A stretch of 64,000 nt of DNA, from the IMG/VR virus record IMGVR_UViG_3300029905_000002, positions 1-64,000 of that record; one strand, written 5' to 3'. The DNA is from a virus. Below, in pieces: positions 44,591 through 55,780 of the stretch (its first letter is position 1; each line of letters begins with the position of its first letter). Both the position numbers and the translations under genes were made by a program. A model generated the notes under the pieces. That model was not told the origin of the DNA. It searched no databases and was given only the letters and a program-made list of their open reading frames with translations.

Positions 44591-45658
44591 ATGGCAAGTG
44601 TAATTAATAGGGCCGCAGGTACTGTACAAGAAAAGTACAACTCAATTGTAGAACGTACTCCAAGCGTTATTACACAAGGCCCAGTCAACAAACTTTGGAG
44701 AGCTCGGATCCTAACTAACCGAGCTATGTCTGGTCTTCCTAAGAATGGTTCTTTATTACCTAATCTTACTAAGACCATAGATAGTGTTACCTCAGGTAAG
44801 ATAGTAGATGACTTTGTTTCAAATGTAACCGGTAGGAAACCTGGTCCCAGTGCTTTAACAGTATCTCTGAAAAGATTTCAGGATGAGATAGATGCCTCCA
44901 ATGCCGAAAGTGGTATGAGTACTAAGAAATTTAGGAATTATACCAATGGAGGTCCTAATGTAAGAGAATCCGATCCTGCCCAGGCAGCTATGACACCAGT
45001 AGTAAGCTGGATGGATAGTAAGGAAGAATGGTTATCTCTGTATAATGAAGGTATAGTAAAAACCAACAAGGTCATCATTTTCAATAACTCAGTAAGCCCC
45101 TATTCATATATCGAATTACAGAACAGACCTACTCAAGTAGATTTCAGAGGAGAAAGTACCTGGGCTGTAATTAAATCTATGGGTAGGAACTTACCTATGT
45201 ACCATTATACTTCTGCCGAGGAAATTATCCAAATGAATGTTTCTTGGTACTGCAATGATCCAAATAATCCTGGAGAGGTAATTAATAAATGCCGTCTCTT
45301 GGAATCTTGGACTAAGGCTGATGGGTATACTCTAGCACCTCCTATTCTTCAGATAGGTTGGGGTACAGATGGAGATCTATTTTATGGCAGGTACTTTATC
45401 CTTACATCTGCAACGTACACGCTGAGCAACTTTAATGCTGCTGCTAGAGAACGTAACAGATCGGGAAATAATACTGCAACTGAGCAGAAATACTTGTTGC
45501 CTTATGCTGCTACCCAAGAGCTTATATTCAAAAGGGTATCTGATCACAATCTTACTCATGCCGAGATGACTACTCTGGGTATGGGTAGAAGATTTACTCT
45601 CAAGGAAACTAAAGGTATTACGTATAGTGATTCACAAATAGGATATTGGAGAACATGA
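44591..45658 (+). CDS. tail/baseplate protein following the tape measure
   Basis: Call rests on position only. Confidence 0.35.
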   Translation: MASVINRAAGTVQEKYNSIVERTPSVITQGPVNKLWRARILTNRAMSGLPKNGSLLPNLTKTIDSVTSGKIVDDFVSNVTGRKPGPSALTVSLKRFQDEIDASNAESGMSTKKFRNYTNGGPNVRESDPAQAAMTPVVSWMDSKEEWLSLYNEGIVKTNKVIIFNNSVSPYSYIELQNRPTQVDFRGESTWAVIKSMGRNLPMYHYTSAEEIIQMNVSWYCNDPNNPGEVINKCRLLESWTKADGYTLAPPILQIGWGTDGDLFYGRYFILTSATYTLSNFNAAARERNRSGNNTATEQKYLLPYAATQELIFKRVSDHNLTHAEMTTLGMGRRFTLKETKGITYSDSQIGYWRT

Positions 45659-45939
45659 TAGATTTAAGTATGTATAATGTAGGAGCATCTCCCTATGATT
45701 CTTCTACTCTGGTAAAGTATTCGGATGGAGATGTATCATTAGAACCACAGAGGCCTTCTGTATCTGCATCTAGTTCTGATATCCAACATACAGTACTAGA
45801 AGGTGAAACACTACAGAACATAGCCTTTAGGTACTATGGAGATTCAGGATTATGGTATCTCATATCCGAAGCCAATAACATTTTGAATCCATTTGAGGAA
45901 TTAACCGATGGTCAAATAATCCGAATACCAAATGGCTAA
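45646..45939 (+). CDS. LysM-domain tail protein (P2 gpX-like)
   Basis: HTVLEGETLQNIAFRYYGDSGLWYLISEANNI...DGQIIRIP is a LysM motif. Confidence 0.7.
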   Translation: MENMIDLSMYNVGASPYDSSTLVKYSDGDVSLEPQRPSVSASSSDIQHTVLEGETLQNIAFRYYGDSGLWYLISEANNILNPFEELTDGQIIRIPNG

Positions 45940-46429
45940 CATAGTAACACCCATACTAAGGCAAGGTACTGGTCAACCCTACCTTGCCCTATTTGATTCA
46001 GGAGGGATGCCTATTCGTAATCCAATTACGGGCATCCCTCTTGGCGCTTATATAACCAACTTCTCATTCCGATACGATGAAGAAAAAGAGAACATTGCTA
46101 CAGTAGCGATTGAGACTGGAGATCCTGATTCGGTAGATATAGAAGCTATCCGAGAAGGTAGTACAATCTTCCTACAGTGGGGATATATTTATGCCAATGG
46201 AGAATCCCTATCCTCACCAATCAGGGTTATCAAGGTAAGGGATTTCGATTGTATCTTCGATGACATGGGTACCCATATTACAATCAAATGTGTAGATGGT
46301 GTAGGAGATCTCAGATTCTTCCCTCCCTATACCTTCACTACTGTACCAGAATTTTCTTTATCCGAAGAATTAGATAAGGGTTATCACAACAACATAGGAA
46401 TCATAATAGAGGAATTTAGTTATGTCTAA
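45932..46429 (+). CDS. baseplate-associated hypothetical protein
   Basis: Position only; overlapping starts and stops. Confidence 0.35.
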   Translation: MANIVTPILRQGTGQPYLALFDSGGMPIRNPITGIPLGAYITNFSFRYDEEKENIATVAIETGDPDSVDIEAIREGSTIFLQWGYIYANGESLSSPIRVIKVRDFDCIFDDMGTHITIKCVDGVGDLRFFPPYTFTTVPEFSLSEELDKGYHNNIGIIIEEFSYV

Positions 46430-48446
46430 TGTAATCAGTAATAAGGTATACGAAAGTATACAACCCTGGAATGTACAACCTGAAACTACTGGTAAGATCC
46501 TCTATGCCAATAAGTTTGCAAATACCGATGCGGTAGCAATGCCGGAGGAGATAAGGGAATTACTAGATAGTGATGTAGGATTGAATGGTACCAATCTTCT
46601 GATTCAACTTGAGAACAAGTTCAAATTCTTCAGAGGAGGTCCATGGTACATTGATTCTAGAGACGGAGTAATTTATATCCACAATAGAAAATTCCAGGAA
46701 GAGATAGTTCACACTTACACCTACCAGAATGAAAATGGAGAGGTATTAAAAGTGCAGTTCCAAACCAACTATATAACCAAATCCACTAAGGTAGTACTTC
46801 ATGAAACTATAGATCCTAGTACTAAACGTACAGAAGTAAATCGTAGTGAATTGGATGATTCTTTGGATTTACTTATGAAGCCCTTGGATGCTTCTATTGA
46901 TAATACTATGTGGAGTAATCCTTACACTTCGGATCACCTTGAGGACTATGCTGATCATCCAAGTAATGCTTCTGGTGCTCAAGCTTATGCAGAAGCTACG
47001 GGTATGAAGAAGGAGTTGGAGATGAAACGTAAGAGTGATAAGGAAACTAGATCTAAGGTAGCCGAAGATCCCACTTATGACATCAGAAGATCTCAACAAA
47101 ATATCCTTGACCGTAAATCCTCAAAGGACCTGGAGAACATTATTAATACTACCCTCAATGACCCTAATACTCCGATGAGTATCAGAAACCAAATGAGGAT
47201 CTTGGTTAATGATGTAGACTTGGCAAAGGATCCAGAAGCTTACATGGCCAAGCTTAATCAGATTCTTAGAGGAGTATATTATGAAGAACCTGATTGGCAT
47301 ATTGAAGAGGTAGTAATAGATCCTCTAGAGTATTCGGATTCTCCCGATATGGATACTACTACTGATAGTGGCTTCGATAAATTTATGGGTTGGGGTAATG
47401 ATGGTAACTTGGCTAAAGCTAGACAGATAGGTTATCAGAGAATGTGTAATGATCCTAACATAACTGTAGTTGGAGTAGATGAATGGACAGAAGGAGGTAA
47501 AGTGAATGCAGGACCTGGTGCTACTTTCGGTCTGGGTATGCAAACCGAATCTGGCCCAGCTCCTTCAAAGGTAAGGGTAATTAAGAGAACCAATAAACCA
47601 GTCAAGGTACCTTTAACTCAAGTATATACTAATCTTCATGGTAGATTCGGAGGCTCTAAGAGATATCTCTGGGCAATGAATGCTAATAAGAATGGAGGAT
47701 TGAAATCCAAAGAGAAGGAGGTAAAGGTACTTATGACAGTAGTTGGTAGACCTCAACTCACTACCTCAATGATTATTAATATCCAGAATATAGGTAAACG
47801 TTGGTCAGGTCCTTACTATGTAAAGAAATGTACTCATACTATGAATGTGAGTGGAGGTTACCTATGTGAACTTGAACTCATTAAGAATAGTGCTAGAGGA
47901 GGAGCAAGTACTTCTGCTATAAGATTATCTTCTCAGAATGTACTCCATGTATATACCGATGCCAATGGTAAAACTGTTTATGGTAAAAAGCCAGAAGAGG
48001 ACCAGGCTTCCAAGTTTATGGATAGCTTTAATCGGGATGAGATTGCCTACTATACAGAGAAATCTGTTACTGCTTCTCGTAATGGTATGAGTCCAATGGA
48101 TGCAGCTGCCTTCAAAATGGCTTATAATGAACAGAATGCCGATGATCCATATGCTCTAGCAGCTGGTACTGTAAGATCTGATAGTATAGTAGCTGACTCT
48201 AAGGGAGTAAACTATGTAGCTCCTTATAAGCAAGTAGATAATGTATCTCCTTCTAAGATAAGAGGGTATAGGTCAAAACTCCCAGATCCTAAGGAACTTA
48301 GTCAAAAGCAATATGATGCTGTAAGTAAGAAGTTCAGATTATCCTTAAAGGATGCTCAGGATGTAGCTAAGCAACAAGCTAAGACTATGACTGAAGAGCA
48401 ATTAAAGAATGTAGAACAAGCTATGAGGGACCAAGTAGGTTTATAA
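46422..48446 (+). CDS. baseplate hub protein (P2 gpD / Mu gp44-like)
   Basis: VVGRPQLTTSMIINIQNIGKRWSGPYYVKKCTHTM..GGYLCELELIKN resembles the gpD family C-terminal pattern. Confidence 0.55.
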   Translation: MSNVISNKVYESIQPWNVQPETTGKILYANKFANTDAVAMPEEIRELLDSDVGLNGTNLLIQLENKFKFFRGGPWYIDSRDGVIYIHNRKFQEEIVHTYTYQNENGEVLKVQFQTNYITKSTKVVLHETIDPSTKRTEVNRSELDDSLDLLMKPLDASIDNTMWSNPYTSDHLEDYADHPSNASGAQAYAEATGMKKELEMKRKSDKETRSKVAEDPTYDIRRSQQNILDRKSSKDLENIINTTLNDPNTPMSIRNQMRILVNDVDLAKDPEAYMAKLNQILRGVYYEEPDWHIEEVVIDPLEYSDSPDMDTTTDSGFDKFMGWGNDGNLAKARQIGYQRMCNDPNITVVGVDEWTEGGKVNAGPGATFGLGMQTESGPAPSKVRVIKRTNKPVKVPLTQVYTNLHGRFGGSKRYLWAMNANKNGGLKSKEKEVKVLMTVVGRPQLTTSMIINIQNIGKRWSGPYYVKKCTHTMNVSGGYLCELELIKNSARGGASTSAIRLSSQNVLHVYTDANGKTVYGKKPEEDQASKFMDSFNRDEIAYYTEKSVTASRNGMSPMDAAAFKMAYNEQNADDPYALAAGTVRSDSIVADSKGVNYVAPYKQVDNVSPSKIRGYRSKLPDPKELSQKQYDAVSKKFRLSLKDAQDVAKQQAKTMTEEQLKNVEQAMRDQVGL

Positions 48447-48448
48447 CT

Positions 48449-49168
48449 ATGGCATACGAATCAGCTGAGAAAATAATAAATGATGGCCTTGAAAGTTTAA
48501 GGAGATATTACTCTACTTACCGAGGCATTGTAGTAGACCCCGAAGATCCTTTGCATCAGAACCGATTATTGGTTTGTGTACCAGAGGTAATGGGAGGAAC
48601 TACTAGTTGGGCTTATCCCAAAGGGCAACATGGTTCTGCAGGAGATGGATTCAAATACTTTACACCTAAGATGGGAGATATAGTATTTGTAACCTTTGAA
48701 TTCGGAGATCATACAAAGCCCTTATGGGAATTTCATGGATGGGGAATCAATCAGATTCCCGACATGCTTGATGGTGTAAACAAATGTGGTATAGTTACTC
48801 CAGAAGGTAACTTAATTGTATTAGATGATGAAGATGGTAGTCTAACAGTTAAGTTCTCTGGACCTATCACAATCCAATCGGATAAAGAGGTATCAGTTAT
48901 GGCTGCCTCAAGTATTATGGTTAAATCCGACCAGAGCATTTGTTTCAATGATGGTGATAATCAGGGTATGGTAAACATCAAGGATCTTACCGATAAACTG
49001 AATTACCTGGTTCGGCAACTAGAAACTCTGAGACAGGTCTTTAACACCCATGTTCATTCGGGTGTTACTACTGGTCCTGGTTCTAGTGCTATTCCAGTTA
49101 CTCAAGCATCACAACCATTCAGGCAATTTAATCAGATTGAGTACGAAGATTTAAGTATCATACACTAA
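48449..49168 (+). CDS. baseplate spike / assembly protein V (gp5 OB-fold type)
   Basis: YRGIVVDPEDPLHQNRLLVCVPEVMGG..SWAYP...PKMGDIVFVTFEFGD fits the gpV pattern. Confidence 0.65.
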   Translation: MAYESAEKIINDGLESLRRYYSTYRGIVVDPEDPLHQNRLLVCVPEVMGGTTSWAYPKGQHGSAGDGFKYFTPKMGDIVFVTFEFGDHTKPLWEFHGWGINQIPDMLDGVNKCGIVTPEGNLIVLDDEDGSLTVKFSGPITIQSDKEVSVMAASSIMVKSDQSICFNDGDNQGMVNIKDLTDKLNYLVRQLETLRQVFNTHVHSGVTTGPGSSAIPVTQASQPFRQFNQIEYEDLSIIH

Positions 49169-49575
49169 TGGCAAACATATATAAAAAGCTCATAGGCAAG
49201 GGTCCCTTATTTCCTATACAATTAATTACCAATGAGCAAGGTAAGGTAGGATGGTACCCAGTAGATGGAGATCCTGAATTAATTAAGGAGAACATCACAG
49301 CATTGCTGTACTATATGATAGGTCAAAGAATTCGTCAAGAAACCTTTGGTACTCGGCTATGGGAATGTATTGAGGAACCAAATGTACAAGCCCTTTCTTT
49401 CCTAATTAAAGACTTCTTAACTACCGCCCTAACTACTTGGGAAGGTAGGATTATACTCCAGGATATACAAACTGCTAGAGCTGGTTCTAAATTAAACATA
49501 CTAGTTACCTATGCTATAAATGGAACAAACTCTAGCCAATTTATTAATATCGAATACGATCTAACCAACACTTAA
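49168..49575 (+). CDS. baseplate wedge protein gpW / T4 gp25-like
   Basis: GKGPLFPIQL...IKENITALLYYMIGQRIRQETFGTRLWECIEEPN matches the GPW_gp25 pattern. Confidence 0.7.
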   Translation: MANIYKKLIGKGPLFPIQLITNEQGKVGWYPVDGDPELIKENITALLYYMIGQRIRQETFGTRLWECIEEPNVQALSFLIKDFLTTALTTWEGRIILQDIQTARAGSKLNILVTYAINGTNSSQFINIEYDLTNT

Positions 49576-49580
49576 ACAAT

Positions 49581-51302
49581 ATGGCAATTTATAATAAATG
49601 GCTAAGTCCCTACCAGAGATCTTACCAATCCATTAAATCCAAGTTGGTAGAATCTCTGATGGGTATTAAGGATACCAATGGGAATACCTACATCACTGAT
49701 TATTCAGAAGGTAATATCCTAATCATTATCCTTTCTTTGTTTGCGGCTATTGCCGAAGTTCTTCACTATTACATTGATAATGCTGCCAGAGAATCCTTCT
49801 TGGTAACTGCTAGAAAGTATGAATCTGTAAAGAAGCATGCTGCCTTGGTAGATTACCATCCCACTGGTGGAGTAGCTGCTCAGGTAAATGTAACTTTACT
49901 CAGACCCACTACCGGTGATTCTATCGGTACCCAATTAACTATCACTACCTCTATGAAGTTTACAGATAGTGATGGTAATACTTGGTACCCAGCTTACGAT
50001 GTAGTTTGGTATTCTAATGTTAGTACAGTAACTGTACCTTTGGTTCAACACGAACAATATACTGTAACCAATGTACAAGGTATAGTAATACCTTCAGGAG
50101 GTAGACCTTCTATTCAAATGAATATCTCTGAGGGTAAGTATTATGAAGAAGGTACAATGGAGTTAACTATTGGTGGTGAATCTTGGGCTCTGGTAAAAAC
50201 CTTTGCATACTCTAAGCCTACCGATAAACATTTCATGGTAGAGATTGATGGTAATCTTAACCCCATTATCAGATTTGGTGATGGGGTATTTGGTGCTCTG
50301 CCTACTCCAGGAGCTACGATTAACAAGGCAGTTTGTTATGTAACTGCAGGAGCTAATGGTAATGTACCCGTAAGTTCTATCACTTCCGTACCTTCAGATA
50401 TCACCAATTCTATCAATGATGTAGAATGTTCTAATGTACAACCTGCTTCTGGTGGAGCTACCTATGAATCCTTTAATATGCTCAAGGAACACATATCCTT
50501 AAGTATGAAGACCATGGGAGTAGCAATCACTAAAGAAGATTTCGAATCCTTGGCTAAATTGGTACCAGGCATTGCTAAAGCCAAAGCCGATTATGAATGC
50601 GGTAGAAAGCTTACAGTATATGTATCTGGCCTTACTAATGTAGCTGTAGCCGATTCTAAGGTTAAGGAAGTATTAGATACTCTGAGACAGAAGGCTCCTC
50701 TTACTACCTGGCTCAATGTTAAATCTGCAGGTACAGTAGAGATTATGCTTGAGATGGATGTTACTGGTAGGAAATCATACAAACGTACCGAGATTCAGCA
50801 GGCAATCCTTCAAGCATTATATGATGCCTATAATCCTCAAACTTCAGACATAGGAGGTCATGTAAGAGTATCTGATATTTATGCTTTGGTAGATAACTTG
50901 CCTCAGGTAGATTACCTTCACATCACTAAGTTCTATACCAAGCCTTGGCCTATTACCATGTATGGTAACAAATCCTTGCTCATAGGGCAATTCAGTTTGG
51001 CTAAGGCCACTGGTAGTATGACTTACTTCATTCAATTCATCAGTGCTACTGCTTTCACAGTTAGAGCTGTGAAGAATGGTAATAAGGTATTCTCAGGTAC
51101 AGTTGGAGGTACTAATAGTATCATTGACTTGGATAATGGATTCCAATTCACATTACCAATCCAAGATAATGGTTACCAACAAGGTTATAAATATCAGATT
51201 ACCATTGCTGAACCTAACCATGATTATGAGGATCCTGGATTTAATGTACCAGTATTCCAATCTTCTTCTCAATTGATATTAACTGTAAATGAAATAGTAT
51301 AA
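49581..51302 (+). CDS. baseplate J-like protein
   Basis: 573 aa directly after the gp25-like gene, following the P2/Mu gene order. Confidence 0.55.
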   Translation: MAIYNKWLSPYQRSYQSIKSKLVESLMGIKDTNGNTYITDYSEGNILIIILSLFAAIAEVLHYYIDNAARESFLVTARKYESVKKHAALVDYHPTGGVAAQVNVTLLRPTTGDSIGTQLTITTSMKFTDSDGNTWYPAYDVVWYSNVSTVTVPLVQHEQYTVTNVQGIVIPSGGRPSIQMNISEGKYYEEGTMELTIGGESWALVKTFAYSKPTDKHFMVEIDGNLNPIIRFGDGVFGALPTPGATINKAVCYVTAGANGNVPVSSITSVPSDITNSINDVECSNVQPASGGATYESFNMLKEHISLSMKTMGVAITKEDFESLAKLVPGIAKAKADYECGRKLTVYVSGLTNVAVADSKVKEVLDTLRQKAPLTTWLNVKSAGTVEIMLEMDVTGRKSYKRTEIQQAILQALYDAYNPQTSDIGGHVRVSDIYALVDNLPQVDYLHITKFYTKPWPITMYGNKSLLIGQFSLAKATGSMTYFIQFISATAFTVRAVKNGNKVFSGTVGGTNSIIDLDNGFQFTLPIQDNGYQQGYKYQITIAEPNHDYEDPGFNVPVFQSSSQLILTVNEIV

Positions 51303-53941
51303 TGAAGCTTAATTCCCTTATCGATTTTCTACCCTATGAGTATAAAGATCAAGATACATATAAGGTAGAGGGTAAGGGTATTCTTGAGAGATATCTCGAG
51401 ATATTCGGGGATTATTTCCAGGATGTAATTACATCTGATATCGATAATCTTTTAGACATCATAGATATTGATAATACTCCTGGATACTATCTTAACTATC
51501 TCTGGGAATTCCTTGGAGAATTACCCTTTGCCAATACTCCACAGATACCTCATAAGGTATGGGAAACTTACTTTGCTGGGTTTAAGGATAAGTCTACTAT
51601 AGAACAACTGTGTAACAAGTGGCTTAATAACCGTACGGGTGTTTTAGAATTTGATACTGATACAGTTAGGAAGCTTCTTAAATGTTCTATAGCTTTATTT
51701 AAAATTCGAGGAACCAAACAATTCTTCGAAATCCTTTTCAGGTTATATGGATTAGGAATAACTATTACCGATCCAGTAAGTAATAATTCAGATCTTTGGA
51801 TTCCTGATTCACATCCCCTTTTTGATGTTGAAGAATCTACTTATGATAAAAACTCGAAATATGATAATATCTATACCTGTACCCAATGTGTTCCAGTAGA
51901 TATAGTAATTTCTGGACATGGTTTCACATCACTTACAGATCAGTTCTTCTCTTTTAAGAAAGCTATTGATTCATTATTTGACAGGTTTTTACCATATAAT
52001 GTTAGACCAAATATAACCTATTCTGGTATAACTCTAGACCGAAATTATCAGATTACGGCAGTACCACAAAATGGTACTATTATCACTAGAGGTACGATTG
52101 ATGATATTAATATTTTAGTAACTGTAACCGCTGATACTAGATATGGAGATATCGATTATAGATATCAAGTATCGGGAGATGGGGTAAATTGGTCTAATAC
52201 TACATATGATTCTCCGAGTATATACATCGGTAAAAGAGTAGGTACAATATACTTCAGATGTGTTGGTGATCCTGATGTAGTTACTTCTGTTACCATTACT
52301 GAAGGAGATTATATTATGGCTTATAATATATGGGGTGTAATAGATGGAGATTCATATAATGACCCAGTTACTGTTGTTTTACCTACTTGGGAAGAGAATC
52401 AGGGTATCTTAGATGTAACAGTAAACGGTACTTTGGTTGGTACTATCGGTAGTACAAGATTGAATCGTAATGATTTAAATATCCGAATCGTAGAAACCGG
52501 AGAAATCATCCAATCTCCAGCTCGAATTCAAATTACTAAAGCTGGTACTTATACTTTCCAGTTAGTAGACTTCCCAATACGTACTTGGGTATTAACCGTA
52601 ACTGCTGAGGAGGAATTTATAATAGTAGCAGAACCAAACCGAGCTTCATGGGATGCTGATAATCCTCCCAGTACAGTAGTAACAGTCACTAGTAAATATC
52701 ATAATCCTGATGATCTTACTATATCTTTGTATAGTTTAAATGGTAATACTCCTCTTGGTGGTAATCCCTATACATTCCAAGCCCCGAGTGCTGGTATTTA
52801 TTATTTCGTATGTGATCAGGACCCCAATCAAAAGAAAGCAAGTTTCTCAGTTACTGGGTCTGGGTTTAATATGATATATCCAATTTCTGTTAGTTTTACT
52901 AATGTTAATACAAATAATGTCTTTGATTATGGGGTACCCATCAGTATACAAGGTAACATTAAAGTAGTATGGAATCTTACTCCCAATGGATATAATAATA
53001 ACCCTGAAAGTTATGATAATCAGATTCAGAATGAGGCAGTATTAGAAGTATTAAGGTATGATAGTGTAATAGCTACAATCCCCATTACTCAGGATTGCCA
53101 AACTTCGGATCCTTTCTTTGTATTTACAGAATCTACATATACCATTACTGAACCTGGTTCATATCAGTTGAAGATTAAATTAAATGGTATAACTAGATTT
53201 TCTACTACTTATATAGTTACTCAGAATGGCCCTGAATCAAACTTAGAATTATACATAGTACCCTACGATGAATCCGATGATGGTTGGGTAAATTATGATG
53301 ATCCTGATGAAGATTATACTTCTTTGACTTATAAATTCGATGATAATCATCCGATATGTAGATTTTATCTTGAAAGATCTGATGGAGTAACTGGTACTGC
53401 CAAGTTAACCAAAGATAATACTTCATACCATGTTGGAGACGATCAAGATCCAATAGAATTCCTTAAGTCAGATAGACCTTCTGGTACTTATACTTTCCAG
53501 TTGATGGATATTACAGATGTAATTACTGCCAGTCTGATTATACAGAAGGATCCTCCAGCTTATACCATTCAATGTGATCCACCATCTGCAATTATGGCTT
53601 CTGGAGAAACTTCGGTAAGTACTACAGTAAAAGTTACTATGACTCCTGAGGATACTTCTGGAGAGTTTACTTATAATATAAATGTACCTGGGTTGGATGT
53701 ACCAGTAGATGCCAAGAATGGGTATGTATTTACTACTCAAGCTACTGGTGATTTTACTTTTACAGTAACTGATACAGCTGATACTGATAATCCAGTAAGG
53801 TGTACTTTTACAGTAGAAGCAACTGTAAGTGTTACCCCGGAGGAACTGCAATGGGATGCTACAGATACCCAATTTCAAACGTTAAATATAGACCTTCCCG
53901 CAGTTCAGGGTTGGACCGCAGAAATTAGTGATACACCATGA
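51302..53941 (+). CDS. baseplate wedge / fiber-connector protein (P2 gpI / Mu gp48-like N-terminus) with a long beta-rich C-terminus
   Basis: N-terminus FLPYEYKD...LERYLEIFGDYF...YLNYLWEFLG. It follows the J-like gene. Confidence 0.5.
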   Translation: MKLNSLIDFLPYEYKDQDTYKVEGKGILERYLEIFGDYFQDVITSDIDNLLDIIDIDNTPGYYLNYLWEFLGELPFANTPQIPHKVWETYFAGFKDKSTIEQLCNKWLNNRTGVLEFDTDTVRKLLKCSIALFKIRGTKQFFEILFRLYGLGITITDPVSNNSDLWIPDSHPLFDVEESTYDKNSKYDNIYTCTQCVPVDIVISGHGFTSLTDQFFSFKKAIDSLFDRFLPYNVRPNITYSGITLDRNYQITAVPQNGTIITRGTIDDINILVTVTADTRYGDIDYRYQVSGDGVNWSNTTYDSPSIYIGKRVGTIYFRCVGDPDVVTSVTITEGDYIMAYNIWGVIDGDSYNDPVTVVLPTWEENQGILDVTVNGTLVGTIGSTRLNRNDLNIRIVETGEIIQSPARIQITKAGTYTFQLVDFPIRTWVLTVTAEEEFIIVAEPNRASWDADNPPSTVVTVTSKYHNPDDLTISLYSLNGNTPLGGNPYTFQAPSAGIYYFVCDQDPNQKKASFSVTGSGFNMIYPISVSFTNVNTNNVFDYGVPISIQGNIKVVWNLTPNGYNNNPESYDNQIQNEAVLEVLRYDSVIATIPITQDCQTSDPFFVFTESTYTITEPGSYQLKIKLNGITRFSTTYIVTQNGPESNLELYIVPYDESDDGWVNYDDPDEDYTSLTYKFDDNHPICRFYLERSDGVTGTAKLTKDNTSYHVGDDQDPIEFLKSDRPSGTYTFQLMDITDVITASLIIQKDPPAYTIQCDPPSAIMASGETSVSTTVKVTMTPEDTSGEFTYNINVPGLDVPVDAKNGYVFTTQATGDFTFTVTDTADTDNPVRCTFTVEATVSVTPEELQWDATDTQFQTLNIDLPAVQGWTAEISDTP

Positions 53942-54480
53942 CCCAAGATTTTACAAGTGTACATCCAATGTTACCTTTAGGAATGGTAACTGCAGGATTA
54001 GGTATTGAGGGAGATAATATTATCTCCCAATTTATTACAGAATACAGTCATATACTTATAGATTTACGATGGATGATTGTCCTCGGAGTAGTATTAATAA
54101 TATCGGATTTTTGGTTTGGGATTTCAGAATCCAAGAAGAGGAAAAAGAAAATAAGAAGATCTAGTGCATTTAGAAGAACTCTAAATAAAACTATAGATTA
54201 CTTCTGTTATGTTACTCTGGGTTCTCTCTTAGGTAAAGCTTTGGGAGAGTATTTTGGATTTGATACTATAGCAATATCCGTATCAGTTATAATCCTATGT
54301 TATGCTTTTGAGATAGATTCTATCTATGGCCACATCTGTGCTATTCACGGAATTAAAAAGCATTACAGTATTTGGAAATTGATTGGTATGGTATTTACTC
54401 TGAGATTCAAATCTTTCGGAGATGCTATTAAGAATATGAACGAACAGTCTACAAAAAGCAAAACTAAAACTCAAGAATAA
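53938..54480 (+). CDS. putative holin-family membrane protein
   Basis: 3-4 hydrophobic spans. The block ISDFWFGISESKKRKKKIRRSSAFRRTLNKTIDY is similar to the phage holin 4 family. Confidence 0.45.
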   Translation: MTQDFTSVHPMLPLGMVTAGLGIEGDNIISQFITEYSHILIDLRWMIVLGVVLIISDFWFGISESKKRKKKIRRSSAFRRTLNKTIDYFCYVTLGSLLGKALGEYFGFDTIAISVSVIILCYAFEIDSIYGHICAIHGIKKHYSIWKLIGMVFTLRFKSFGDAIKNMNEQSTKSKTKTQE

Positions 54481-54481
54481 T

Positions 54482-55780
54482 ATGAAAACTTATTTTAACT
54501 ACGAAGCTCAGATCAAATCTAAGGATGCTGCCGAAGCTATTGCTTCTCCGATAGGCTTAGGTCCATTCTGTGGATTCGGTTCTGCTACTTTATCAAATGG
54601 AGTATTAACTATCTCTCCGTATGGTATAGATGGTACATTTACTGCTTTACCAATTCGAGATAGGATTAGAGCTAGGTATTTTAATCGTGAGGATGATATT
54701 CCTCAAATTACTTTTGGGGTAATTGCTGCAGATGGAGCTATTTATACTGACACTATTCAGAATATTACCATTAATGAAATCCAAGGTTCTCAAGGTGTAA
54801 ATGATAATATTATAGTATATGCCATCCATAGGCAAGTTCAAGAACCAGTAGAGAATCCAGTAGATTTTGTTGCTTATTGGAGTTCATCATCTACAAACTT
54901 CTATGAGCTCTATAAGAAATCTATGGACCCTTATTACCCAAGAGTTTCAGGAGCTACACCCTATTATTCTAATAAGGATATTTATACAGATTCAGATCTT
55001 ACCTTCGAAAATCTTTGTGCAATGGCAAAAGCAGCTTGCCCAAACCAAGCTGTGAATGATGAAACAATGGTGTTGATTGGTATTTATGGATCTGGTCTTA
55101 ATGCAGAAACACAAACTACAGAAAGATTTGCTATAGTTCCTTATGGAGGTATATTCCCACAACCTTTACCCTATACTACTGCAACTTATTCTGCTCAGAG
55201 ATCTCAGAATGAGATGTTAACTACTATCCTTAATCAATTTCCTGCCGATACAGACTTGATTACTTGGATTAAAGATTATATTAATGATCTCTTGAGTAGT
55301 GATGATTCTTCTATAGATATAATCCCTGAAGGAACCATTGTACTTTACAATGGTACTACTGCTCCGAGTGGATGGGCAATATGCGATGGTACTAATGGTA
55401 CTCCAGATCTTAGGGGAGTATTTGTTATTGGAGCTGGTACTAACCAGACAACTGGTACAAGTTATAACTTTAATACTAGTGGAGGTAATGAGCAGATAAT
55501 GCTTACGCTTAACCAGATGTATCCTCATACTCACCCAGTACATGACTATTACTTGTTAGAAATGAGTGGCCATGGTAATCCAGCTTCAGCTGGATTTGGT
55601 GCTGATCCTGCTGGAGGTAGATATAGAGGTAATAATAAAACCGATGAAGATAATGATACTTTCTATTGGAAAGAGCATAATACTGAAAGAACTCCCGGAG
55701 CTGAAGATCAGGAGCCAATTAATATTATGCCACCTTATGTAGCTCTTACTTACATTATTAAGCTCCCAACAGGAGCTTAA
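54482..55780 (+). CDS. tail fiber protein with a phage tail collar domain
   Basis: GTIVLYNGTTAPSGWAICDGTNGTPDLRGVFVIGAG is the tail-collar signature. Confidence 0.7.
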   Translation: MKTYFNYEAQIKSKDAAEAIASPIGLGPFCGFGSATLSNGVLTISPYGIDGTFTALPIRDRIRARYFNREDDIPQITFGVIAADGAIYTDTIQNITINEIQGSQGVNDNIIVYAIHRQVQEPVENPVDFVAYWSSSSTNFYELYKKSMDPYYPRVSGATPYYSNKDIYTDSDLTFENLCAMAKAACPNQAVNDETMVLIGIYGSGLNAETQTTERFAIVPYGGIFPQPLPYTTATYSAQRSQNEMLTTILNQFPADTDLITWIKDYINDLLSSDDSSIDIIPEGTIVLYNGTTAPSGWAICDGTNGTPDLRGVFVIGAGTNQTTGTSYNFNTSGGNEQIMLTLNQMYPHTHPVHDYYLLEMSGHGNPASAGFGADPAGGRYRGNNKTDEDNDTFYWKEHNTERTPGAEDQEPINIMPPYVALTYIIKLPTGA